Shown piece after piece: positions 1-7,010 of a stretch of DNA of 46,420 bases. The position numbers and the translations under genes were made by a program. The stretch is from the IMG/VR virus record IMGVR_UViG_3300005253_000023; one strand, 5' to 3'. The notes below the pieces were generated by a model. That model did not search any database, was not told where the DNA came from, and saw only the letters and a program-made list of their open reading frames with translations. This stretch comes from a virus. Within the stretch, counting starts at the first letter, position 1, and each line of letters begins with the position of its first letter.

Positions 1-121
1 CCTGCCACTTTAACCCAATGGGTTGACGGGCCTATTTTCTTGTCGTAGACAGCATCAAAAGTGCCTTTGGTGGGATGTTCTATTCGTATCTTATCCCCCT
101 TTACGTACATCGGTTTAAATA
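1..121. repeat. terminal direct repeat, copy 1 (identical to 46300..46420)
   Basis: The first 121 nt equal the last 121 nt base for base. Genes run across the junction. Confidence 0.9.
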
Positions 122-709
122 TTGATAGCCCTTAGCTGTTATGTCAAATTTAGGCGGGTCATGTGACGATATAGTACCTATCATTTTAATGAATCCATCA
201 CGTTTAAGATTAAATAATCTAGAATGTATATTGGTTTCTTCTTGAAAGTCTAATTTATCCATGATTTCTATTGATCCTTTCGGCCCCTGAGAGGCAACAA
301 GATTAAGAATCTTAAATTTATGCGTCTTAATATCCGCAATTGGCTTGCCATAGAATACCTTATCAAATCTCACATTAACTAGCTTACAAACTTTTTTCAG
401 AGAATTCCTTATGTTTATATTCGTAAGACATAAATTATAGAAATTTTCACGACTATGAATTATAGTTGAATGATCCCGACCCCCTACTTTAACTCCAATA
501 TATTCCAATGACAATGAAGTAAGACTACAAGCCATAAATATTAAACAATGCCTTGGTTCTACATATTCACGCCTTCTAACCTTTCCTATAATATGCTCTT
601 TATCCACATCAAAAACCTTAGATATGTTTTTCATCAGGACATCAAACTTCTCGTTATCGGTGTAAATATTAAACGATCTGGTAAAACCTGGGATTGCAAA
701 GTAATTCAT
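101..709 (-). CDS. DnaA domain IV-like helix-turn-helix DNA-binding protein
   Basis: 202-aa ORF. VEPRHCLIFMACSLTSLSLEYIGVKVGGRDHSTIIHS resembles the DnaA C-terminal (Bac_DnaA_C) signature. Its stop overlaps the start of the gene at 46215..46409 across the junction. Confidence 0.6.
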   Translation of the reverse strand: MNYFAIPGFTRSFNIYTDNEKFDVLMKNISKVFDVDKEHIIGKVRRREYVEPRHCLIFMACSLTSLSLEYIGVKVGGRDHSTIIHSRENFYNLCLTNINIRNSLKKVCKLVNVRFDKVFYGKPIADIKTHKFKILNLVASQGPKGSIEIMDKLDFQEETNIHSRLFNLKRDGFIKMIGTISSHDPPKFDITAKGYQYLNRCT

Positions 710-1446
710 TTAATTTCCTTTATTATCTGGTGCAGTTTTTCAACCACTTCTTTAATTCTATCCTTGATTGCTTCAATTATTTCTTCGTTCCTTCTAACCC
801 GTATAACAACCATTCTAAGAGATTTTTCAACCACTCTTGGATCATAACTTATAAAGTCGCAATACTTCCTATCAGTGGCCATTAAATTGCCTTGTAATTG
901 AAAGATATCTTGTTTAGGAACCTCTTTAGTGATTAATACTCTTGCATAATTAGCCGGGTTAAAAGGACATTTTATTTCTATTATTCCGTCATCATTAATT
1001 AATCCATCTGGACTACCCCCTGCATAGTCACCATAGGTAATAAACCCGACTTGGGTAACTTGGTTATCTGTCTTTTTTTCGTAGAAATCTTGTGCTTCTT
1101 GTTCATAATCTAAACCCCAATCCGTAGCTTGAGAGGTTTTAATATGATATGAATTAGTAAGTATTTCAGCAACTTTTTCATAGATGTAAGTCATGCAACC
1201 ATCACCAAAACGGGCTGCATTTTCAATAGCCACACAGTCCGAAATTTCAGCGTTGTATGCTTTCTGAGTTATCTCTTTTTTGTCCAGTTGCTTTTTAAGG
1301 CGCGCCCTTCGGGTTTTTGTGCCAGGTGCTCTCATAGACATCATATCAACATATCTTGATGAAGTAAGTCGCCCCTTTCGTTCTTCAAACCAATTATCGG
1401 TCTGCTGGTCTTTCGCTTTTGCTATCTCAAGATCAAGAAAGTCCAT
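706..1446 (-). CDS. YqaJ / lambda-exonuclease-like recombination exonuclease
   Basis: GRLTSS and GGSPDGL...IEIKCP motifs fit a PD-(D/E)XK YqaJ-type nuclease. Start moved to the ATG at 1446 (MDFLDL), giving a 14-nt overlap with the upstream ERF gene. Confidence 0.7.
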   Translation of the reverse strand: MDFLDLEIAKAKDQQTDNWFEERKGRLTSSRYVDMMSMRAPGTKTRRARLKKQLDKKEITQKAYNAEISDCVAIENAARFGDGCMTYIYEKVAEILTNSYHIKTSQATDWGLDYEQEAQDFYEKKTDNQVTQVGFITYGDYAGGSPDGLINDDGIIEIKCPFNPANYARVLITKEVPKQDIFQLQGNLMATDRKYCDFISYDPRVVEKSLRMVVIRVRRNEEIIEAIKDRIKEVVEKLHQIIKEIK

Positions 1447-1966
1447 ATTGCATTGATAAGTTGACAAGTTGTGATTTTTGTGAAGGCGTAAGTGCAAAAT
1501 GCGCTTCACATTGAATCATTATATTTTGTTCACCTGCTTTTATTCGTTCACAAGCCTTCTTAAAGGCATCGTCCGTTAATTTGGATTTCTTCTCTTCCAT
1601 AGGCTGTACGTCTTTATCTTCTTCAGTGATAAGGCCAAGTAAAGCAGATAATGTGTAACGCTTTGCATAGGTAATATTAGCACCTATAGCTTTTGCATCT
1701 CCTGCGTTTGGAATTAATAATTCACATTCCATTGATTGACCTGATTCAACATGGTAGATATGACATTTTACCGCCCCATCTTTCTCAGTTGAATGAAAGA
1801 ACATAAGATTCTTTCTATCAAGTACTGGTTTAATAGTTTTAACTATATTAGCCAGGGATGCGTATTTAAATTTTGTTTTTCCAAATGAAACTTCGCTATC
1901 CAAATTTATAGATTTACATTCCTTTTGGAAATCAAATAATGCCTTTAATATTTCGTTATTATCCAT
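1433..1966 (-). CDS. ERF-family single-strand annealing protein
   Basis: KYASLANIVKTIKPVL and ITYAKRYTLSALLGL motifs. Paired with the YqaJ-like exonuclease. Confidence 0.65.
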   Translation of the reverse strand: MDNNEILKALFDFQKECKSINLDSEVSFGKTKFKYASLANIVKTIKPVLDRKNLMFFHSTEKDGAVKCHIYHVESGQSMECELLIPNAGDAKAIGANITYAKRYTLSALLGLITEEDKDVQPMEEKKSKLTDDAFKKACERIKAGEQNIMIQCEAHFALTPSQKSQLVNLSMQYGLS

Positions 1967-2186
1967 GTTGGTTTAGTTTTTTACCTATTGAGTGTAATGT
2001 CTGTAGTTGATCACCAACCAATCCATTTTTGGTTAATGATTTTATACTTTTAACAACCGTTTCAATTCCGTGATGGAAGGCCTCTAATTGTTCTTGATCT
2101 CTTAAATAGCCACCATTATAATCATGGCATCCTTTAGCTATATTGAGACAAGTTTGGAAGTCTTCGTATTTAGATAGCTGTGTCAT
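1959..2186 (-). CDS. hypothetical protein
   Basis: Start set to the ATG at 2186 (MTQLSKYEDF), which forms an ATGA overlap with the stop of 2183..2542. Confidence 0.6.
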   Translation of the reverse strand: MTQLSKYEDFQTCLNIAKGCHDYNGGYLRDQEQLEAFHHGIETVVKSIKSLTKNGLVGDQLQTLHSIGKKLNQHG

Positions 2187-2542
2187 GATATTGCTTTTTG
2201 AGTCTTGCCTTTTGTTTTCCAAACAGCATAAGATTCTGAAAATCCAGAGTCAAAATAAACTACAATAATAGGTTCTGCCCACATTGAAGTTCCATAACAA
2301 TCATATTCGTAATATTTTTGATCCTCATATATTACCATAGAGTTGATTCCCCAATCACCATCCAGTCCCATTTCTACACGGTTAATTTCACGATCATTTT
2401 TTATCAGTGCTTTAATAATCTCTTTAGCTTTATTAAAATCGGCTTCCATAAAAAACCCAACATCACCTTGTGGGCCTAAAAATCCTGACGCAAAACTTAT
2501 ACTGCCGGGGACATAATTGTGATCTTTTATTATTAATTCCAT
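2183..2542 (-). CDS. hypothetical protein
   Basis: 119-aa ORF, the first gene after the promoter-like box at 2558..2580. Confidence 0.65.
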   Translation of the reverse strand: MELIIKDHNYVPGSISFASGFLGPQGDVGFFMEADFNKAKEIIKALIKNDREINRVEMGLDGDWGINSMVIYEDQKYYEYDCYGTSMWAEPIIVVYFDSGFSESYAVWKTKGKTQKAIS

Positions 2543-2557
2543 AATCTTTTCTTTAAA

Positions 2558-2580
2558 CGAATGTACAAATATCTTTTGTA
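2558..2580 (-). promoter_or_regulatory. promoter/operator box: TACAAA-N5-TTTGTA palindrome fused to TACATTCG
   Basis: The minus strand reads TACAAAAGATATTTGTACATTCG, 15 nt upstream of the ATG at 2542. Member of the repeated box family. Confidence 0.5.
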
Positions 2581-2590
2581 TTAGGCAAAT

Positions 2591-2831
2591 TTAGAACTGA
2601 ATTCTTATACCACAATTGATACATATACCCCCTGTGTCATAAGAATGCAATGTGCAGAGCTGTTGTTCACCAAATACATTATAGTCCAAATCCTGCAATG
2701 CCTTCTTTTCATCGTCCTAGTTCTTTAAGTTGTTTAATGTAATCATCAACCATATCCACAAAGGCTGACCTTGCCCGATCAATACTGTCCCCTTCAAATG
2801 TAACAAGGTCTTTTACGTCGTTGAATACCCT
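2591..2831 (-). pseudogene. degenerate gene remnant (in-frame stop plus frameshift)
   Basis: No ORF of 60 aa or more in this stretch of an otherwise dense genome. Protein-like frames RVFNDVKDLVTFEGDSIDRARSAFVDMVDDYIKQLKELGR* and DDEKKALQDLDYNVFGEQQLCTLHSYDTGGICINCGIRIQF* lack start codons and sit in different frames. Confidence 0.35.
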
Positions 2832-2999
2832 TTATAAGTCCCTTTCATTTTGATTCTTTTTTGTTTGACGGTCATACATAATAATACTTCCTGCTTTTGG
2901 CTTGTCCGTTGTATCTTCTTTACCCTTCGCCTGTTTCTTCTTTGAGTCAGGAGAATAGATTTTATTGAATTCCTGGAATAGTTCTGTGAGTTGATTCAT
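2832..2999 (-). CDS. small protein, paralog of 3519..3617 (shared N-terminus)
   Basis: 55-aa ORF MNQLTELFQEFNKIYSPDSKKKQAK... Its first 63 nt of shared sequence (2925..2987) are identical to 3540..3602. Confidence 0.4.
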   Translation of the reverse strand: MNQLTELFQEFNKIYSPDSKKKQAKGKEDTTDKPKAGSIIMYDRQTKKNQNERDL

Positions 3000-3001
3000 A
3001 A

Positions 3002-3526
3002 TTATAGTTTTTCAAATACAGATTCGGTTAAAATGTCCCTGCATATATTGGCAGTGGTTAGTTCGTTTCGCTTTCTGGCAACCTCATCCGGCTGTGTGCT
3101 TGCATAATAAGAATCAGCATTTGCCTCTGCGCTAGCCTTTGCGGCATAATAGGCAGAATAATAGGAGTCGCCAAAAAGGCAAGAAGCAATATCAGCAGCA
3201 TGAGCAGAAAACTCTGCTGAAGAAGATTCTGCTAATTCACCAGCAGCACCACCCGCTGCACAAGAAACAATAGTAAGTTGCCTATCATCAATCAATCCAT
3301 TACCGTAATCAATAGCGGCGTTTATAGCAGCCTTACTCCGGTCATCTTTCATTAAATGAAGGACGGTTTCAGCACATTTTCCTTTTGCCAAGGTTAACAG
3401 TCTTTTGTTTATATTTAATCTTTGCGCTAACCATAACATCCAATCGCCACTATGAGAAGCTTGCCAAGCTTTTTGCGGAGTGTCAAATCGTCCCATAAAT
3501 TGTGTTATTACTTTCTCCTTAATCAT
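3002..3526 (-). CDS. Ala-rich all-alpha repeat protein, paralog A
   Basis: 174 aa. N- and C-terminal thirds are nearly identical to 3614..4222 (GDWMLW..AQRL...LTLAKGKC.ETVLHLMKDDRSKAA...ARKRN.L..A.ICR.ILTE..FEKL). The centre is A/S/Y-rich. Confidence 0.75.
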   Translation of the reverse strand: MIKEKVITQFMGRFDTPQKAWQASHSGDWMLWLAQRLNINKRLLTLAKGKCAETVLHLMKDDRSKAAINAAIDYGNGLIDDRQLTIVSCAAGGAAGELAESSSAEFSAHAADIASCLFGDSYYSAYYAAKASAEANADSYYASTQPDEVARKRNELTTANICRDILTESVFEKL

Positions 3527-3617
3527 AATTGTAAATTTTCTTCGCCTGTTTCTTCTTTGAGTCAGGAGAATAGATTTTATTGAATTCCTGGAATAGTTCT
3601 GTTAATACTTGGCTCAT
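3519..3617 (-). CDS. small protein (32 aa), cassette partner of paralog A
   Basis: MSQVLTELFQEFNKIYSPDSKKKQAKKIYNYD. ATGA overlap with the upstream stop and ATGATTAA overlap with the downstream start. Confidence 0.4.
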   Translation of the reverse strand: MSQVLTELFQEFNKIYSPDSKKKQAKKIYNYD

Positions 3618-4222
3618 AGTTCTAATTTCTCAAATATCGTTTCCGTTAATATTTCTCTACATATATCGGCAGTCGCTAATTGATTTCTTTTTCTAGCATC
3701 ATCAGCAGCAGCATAAGCATCATCAGCAGCAGCATAAGCATCATAAGCAGCAGCATCATCAGCAGCAGCAGCATCATCATAAGCAGCAGCATAAGCAGCA
3801 TAAGCAGCATAAGCATCATAAGCAGCAGCATCATCAGCAGCAGCATCATCATAAGCAGCAGCATAAGCAGCATAAGCAGCATAAGCATCATAAGCAGCAG
3901 CATCATCAGCAGCAGCAGCATCATAAGCAGCAGCACTTAATTGATCACCATCAATCAACCCATTTCCATAATCTATTGCGGCTTTTACGGCTGCTTTACT
4001 GCGGTCATCCTTCATTAAATGGAGAACCGTTTCAACACATTTGCCTTTTGCTAGAGTTAAAATACGCTTATCAACTTTCAACCTTTGGGCTATCCATAGC
4101 ATCCAATCACCGCGAGGGCAATTTTGCCAGGATTCTTCAAATGTTTTGAACTTCTCCCTGAATTCCACAGCCTCACTACAAGGATTAAATTTTGCAATTT
4201 CTATTTTTTTAGTTATAGTCAT
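3614..4222 (-). CDS. Ala/Asp/Tyr tandem-repeat protein, paralog B
   Basis: Start set to the ATG at 4222 (MTITKK), an ATGA overlap with 4219..4398. The central ~85 aa consist only of A, D and Y. Confidence 0.75.
   Translation of the reverse strand: MTITKKIEIAKFNPCSEAVEFREKFKTFEESWQNCPRGDWMLWIAQRLKVDKRILTLAKGKCVETVLHLMKDDRSKAAVKAAIDYGNGLIDGDQLSAAAYDAAAADDAAAYDAYAAYAAYAAAYDDAAADDAAAYDAYAAYAAYAAAYDDAAAADDAAAYDAYAAADDAYAAADDARKRNQLATADICREILTETIFEKLEL
3695..3935. repeat. GCA/GCATAA/GCATCA microsatellite-like coding array with a perfect 72-bp tandem duplication
   Basis: 3771..3842 is identical to 3843..3914. Several frames are open across the array, which produces the spurious ORFs 3676..3936 and 3680..3940. 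Confidence 0.9.
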
Positions 4223-4398
4223 AATTCTAAATTTTCTTCGCCTTGATGCTCTAATAAATAATCCCGCTTTTCTGCTATCGCTATCCATAAAGGGTAAGCA
4301 GTTTCGTTGTCTGGCTGGCCGTCTTCGTCAAAGGGGTAATATCTCTCATGGTAAACCATCCCTGACTTTTCAAGCTCTGCTATTACTTCTTCGGTCAT
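4219..4398 (-). CDS. small acidic protein (59 aa)
   Basis: MTEEVIAELEKSGMVYHERYYPFDEDGQ... TAATG overlap with the upstream stop and ATGA overlap with the downstream start. Just under the ORF-track cutoff. Confidence 0.5.
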   Translation of the reverse strand: MTEEVIAELEKSGMVYHERYYPFDEDGQPDNETAYPLWIAIAEKRDYLLEHQGEENLEL

Positions 4399-4754
4399 TA
4401 TATTAACCTAAGAGTTCCTATTTCGCCTTTGATGTATTGAATAATTTGTAGCTGGGTGTCAGGATTAACCATGAATAAATACTTTTCAAGAGGTGTAAAC
4501 CGTTCACCTCTTGTAAAATCTTGCATTCCGAATGCCCAACCATTCCCATAGCTAATTGTCTTATAGATTTTAGGCATAATTTCTTTTGCCCTGTCAGATG
4601 CGCAATCCCCAGTCATTTGCCCGTATATGCACCTCTCATTGTGTGAGCGGTTAAAATGTCTGAAATCTAATCTACCTTTCTCCTTATCTGTAGCCACTTT
4701 TATTATGTGGTCTATCTCCTCAATTGCTGTTTGAATAAATTGTGCCTTTTTCAT
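4398..4754 (-). CDS. hypothetical protein
   Basis: Start set to the ATG at 4754 (MKKAQFIQ). The longer track ORF would run through the promoter box. Confidence 0.65.
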   Translation of the reverse strand: MKKAQFIQTAIEEIDHIIKVATDKEKGRLDFRHFNRSHNERCIYGQMTGDCASDRAKEIMPKIYKTISYGNGWAFGMQDFTRGERFTPLEKYLFMVNPDTQLQIIQYIKGEIGTLRLI

Positions 4755-4776
4755 AATCGTCTGTATTAGTACACAA

Positions 4777-4799
4777 CGAAGGTACAAAACATATTTGTA
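4777..4799 (-). promoter_or_regulatory. promoter/operator box: TACAAA-N5-TTTGTA + TACCTTCG
   Basis: The minus strand reads TACAAATATGTTTTGTACCTTCG, 22 nt upstream of the ATG at 4754. Confidence 0.55.
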
Positions 4800-4848
4800 A
4801 TAACCTAATCAGGTTAGTTTATTCCCAAGAAAGTATAGAGATTTATTT

Positions 4849-5118
4849 TTATGCCGCTGTCTCTATAGGCTTTGGAGTAAGCCCCGACCATCGGTAACTA
4901 GTCCTAAAAAATTCATCACATTTTTCAACGACTTCCATCTTAACAAAAGTGTGGGAATGTGTTTTACGATTAAATTGATAAAAGGAAGTTGGCTCTACAT
5001 TGATAGCTTTAGCGATACTATGCCGTGATATTTTAGAAAGTGGCGTAGACTTTTCCAAAATGAATGTCTCTATCCACCGATCAAACTCTTTAGCGTCTAC
5101 GTATTTTACTTCTGGCAT
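4849..5118 (-). CDS. putative helix-turn-helix regulator
   Basis: Start at the ATG at 5118 (MPEVKY). LSKISRHSIAKAINVEPTSFYQF looks like an HTH. This is a single-gene unit bracketed by two promoter boxes. Confidence 0.45.
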   Translation of the reverse strand: MPEVKYVDAKEFDRWIETFILEKSTPLSKISRHSIAKAINVEPTSFYQFNRKTHSHTFVKMEVVEKCDEFFRTSYRWSGLTPKPIETAA

Positions 5119-5122
5119 ATTA

Positions 5123-5146
5123 CAAAGGTACAAATATTTATTGTAA
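5123..5146 (-). promoter_or_regulatory. promoter box TTACAA-N6-TTTGTA + TACCTTTG, 4 nt from the ATG
   Basis: The minus strand reads TTACAATAAATATTTGTACCTTTG-TAAT-ATG. TACCTTTG fits TAnnTTTG. Predicts a leaderless mRNA. Confidence 0.5.
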
Positions 5147-5149
5147 TTT

Positions 5150-5467
5150 CTATAACAAGAGTATCAATACTAACAACACTCCCTCAATAGTGGCAATTTT
5201 AATCCAGCGATTACGCTTTTTATTGCCTAGCTTCTTTTCCTTTTTAATCTGCTGACCCTGAAGATCAATAATTGTGTCCCTTTTATGGACTTCAATCTTT
5301 AAATCCTGGGCTATAAGAATAGTCTTTGAGTAATTCTCTTTAATATCACGGCATGAGTCGTTCCCAGGCTGCGATAATACTGTCCTGCTCGTTAGCATCA
5401 ATATCAGAATTCCAATGATGGAAAATAATCTTGTCAGGCTCTTTAGTCTCAATCTTCTTAATTTCAT
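5150..5467 (-). CDS. membrane protein with N-terminal signal/TM and C-terminal TM (spanin-like candidate); start uncertain
   Basis: MKLRRLRLKSLTRLFSIIGILILML..., a charged middle, and a C-terminal IATIEGVLLVLILLL. Starts inside 5346..5573 in the +1 frame. Confidence 0.4.
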   Translation of the reverse strand: MKLRRLRLKSLTRLFSIIGILILMLTSRTVLSQPGNDSCRDIKENYSKTILIAQDLKIEVHKRDTIIDLQGQQIKKEKKLGNKKRNRWIKIATIEGVLLVLILLL

Positions 5468-5573
5468 GTTTAAGCGACTTTATGTTGTGCCGGGTACTTG
5501 CACCGCCAAACACAAAGTAAAGGGCTACAACGATTAATATTAAGTCTCGTATGTCAAGTTTGTTGAAAGTCAT
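5346..5573 (-). CDS. small single-TM membrane protein (holin or i-spanin-like candidate)
   Basis: LILIVVALYFVFGGA TM segment. ATGA overlap with the stop of 5570..5953. Confidence 0.55.
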   Translation of the reverse strand: MTFNKLDIRDLILIVVALYFVFGGASTRHNIKSLKHEIKKIETKEPDKIIFHHWNSDIDANEQDSIIAAWERLMP

Positions 5574-5953
5574 TTATTATGATTGTAAAGTGTTAAATTC
5601 TTTGGGGAGAAAATATAATGATCCGCCATAGATATTTTTTTGTGTAAAATCTTCTTCCAATGTTTTGTTTTACTGTATAAATATAGTCTATCAATATCAC
5701 TAAGAGCATCAATCTTCCATCTATAAAAATTTTTCATCTCTTTACCCGGTTTATCAATTTGCAAATCTTCAATTATTCCGAGCTCAATTAATATGTCATT
5801 ATGGTATGAAATCATGCTCATATGATAATATACCCAAACTAAATATTCTATTTCCTTTATACTGATTTTCATTAGATCACCAACCTTACAATCGGCAAAT
5901 TTACCGAATCCTAAAATGCTCTTCTTAGTTAATGTTCTAAGTAAAACAGTCAT
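5570..5953 (-). CDS. hypothetical protein
   Basis: 127-aa ORF, translationally coupled on both sides. Confidence 0.65.
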   Translation of the reverse strand: MTVLLRTLTKKSILGFGKFADCKVGDLMKISIKEIEYLVWVYYHMSMISYHNDILIELGIIEDLQIDKPGKEMKNFYRWKIDALSDIDRLYLYSKTKHWKKILHKKISMADHYIFSPKNLTLYNHNK

Positions 5954-6039
5954 ATCAAAGCCGAAATTGTTATACTTAATAATATTGCTACATTATAAAT
6001 GTATAGTGCCGTTACCCAATCGTAAAAGTCTAGTTTCAT
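5950..6039 (-). CDS. small hydrophobic peptide (29 aa)
   Basis: MKLDFYDWVTALYIYNVAILLSITISALI. ATGA overlap with the start at 5953. Confidence 0.3.
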   Translation of the reverse strand: MKLDFYDWVTALYIYNVAILLSITISALI

Positions 6040-6043
6040 TGTT

Positions 6044-6253
6044 CTATTCTTTAAATTTTGATGTATCCCGTCTAAAAGTTCCATTTGATATATCTACTAT
6101 AATAGTTTCAGGTACATTGGGGATTTTTCTTTCAAATGACTTACGCTTACACCAATCCTTGAAGGTCTCAAAATTATAATTCCCATTATAAACTGCCTGT
6201 CCGTATTTCACTTGCGTATAAACAATATATCTAAGATCAAAACTATAATTCAT
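6044..6253 (-). CDS. hypothetical protein
   Basis: 69-aa ORF with an ATGA overlap with the upstream small ORF. Confidence 0.6.
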   Translation of the reverse strand: MNYSFDLRYIVYTQVKYGQAVYNGNYNFETFKDWCKRKSFERKIPNVPETIIVDISNGTFRRDTSKFKE

Positions 6254-6393
6254 TGTGATTTTACATTAACTTTCTCACATGCAAATCTATGACCCTTGAC
6301 AGCCTCATCCCATGTGGAATACCTGTCCTGATAACCATCATCTTCACCGCCAAATATCATCGTCTCAAATACTAAAATATATTTATCGCTCAT
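6250..6393 (-). CDS. small protein (47 aa)
   Basis: MSDKYILVFETMIFGGEDDGYQDRYSTWDEAVKGHRFACEKVNVKSQ. ATGA overlaps at both ends. Confidence 0.5.
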   Translation of the reverse strand: MSDKYILVFETMIFGGEDDGYQDRYSTWDEAVKGHRFACEKVNVKSQ

Positions 6394-7010
6394 AATGATT
6401 TCCCGTAAGTGCCGTTTTTCTTTAATCGCTCGTATGCCTTTTTGATACGCACGTCATAGTTGTACATCTTATATCCTTTGCCATTGTACCCACGTGCAAA
6501 CAGATCGTAACGCTTAGACTTTAAATGCCTCAGTAGATTATTGCCGCTAATGAAGTTCATCATTCCCCTAGCCTGTTCTAATTCATTTAATTCAAAAGCA
6601 TCAACCATATCCATAACACTGTCAAATCCTGCGACCTTAAAGTTAAAGCCCATTACTTGGCCCAATCCCCAAGAAGTAGAAAGGTGAGCTATTTCAAAGT
6701 TAACTGCGCAAGCCTTGATGAAAGCATCCCACTCTTCTAATTGTCGCTCTACCCGGTTTTCTAAGATGAATTCCCCGTCTACATAAACTTTGTAAGAGCC
6801 GCGTTTACCTCTCGTATAATGAGCGTCACGATCTTTTCTGTTTAGTAGTCTTACAAACCAATGCGGTTCAAACTGAATTTTGATTCTTTGTTCGCCTTCC
6901 CAATCGGTGAAGAAACCACTGCCGGAAGACTCTACTTCCATAACCGCTTGGATCATTTCAGGTTCAAGCCCGAATTCAATCGCTAGTTGTTCAGATAGTT
7001 TTTTCATCAA
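6390..7010 (-). CDS. endolysin, N-acetylmuramidase family
   Basis: EPEMIQAVMEVESSGSGF...IQFEPHWF resembles the N-acetylmuramidase (PF11860-type) N-terminal signature. ATGATGA coupling to the upstream gene. Confidence 0.7.
   Translation of the reverse strand: MMKKLSEQLAIEFGLEPEMIQAVMEVESSGSGFFTDWEGEQRIKIQFEPHWFVRLLNRKDRDAHYTRGKRGSYKVYVDGEFILENRVERQLEEWDAFIKACAVNFEIAHLSTSWGLGQVMGFNFKVAGFDSVMDMVDAFELNELEQARGMMNFISGNNLLRHLKSKRYDLFARGYNGKGYKMYNYDVRIKKAYERLKKNGTYGKSL

Noticed and set aside
600-608. Perfect DnaA box TTATCCACA inside the DnaA-domain-IV-like gene, plus 8/9 matches near 2752 and 13376
   Set aside because: It is a single perfect 9-mer with scattered partial matches in coding sequence, with no cluster and no AT-rich unwinding element. 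That is not distinguishable from chance without a proper scan.
3676-3940. ORFs 3676..3936 (-) and 3680..3940 (+), encoding poly-L/M and poly-S/I peptides
   Set aside because: They are alternative frames of the GCA/GCATAA repeat array, which is open in several frames. The A/D/Y frame is continuous with conserved flanks shared with the paralog.
4801-4816. Hairpin TAACCT-aatc-AGGTTA after the HTH gene as a terminator
   Set aside because: It has only a 6-bp AT-rich stem and no T-run on the minus strand. It is too weak to call and may just be spacer before the 4777 box.
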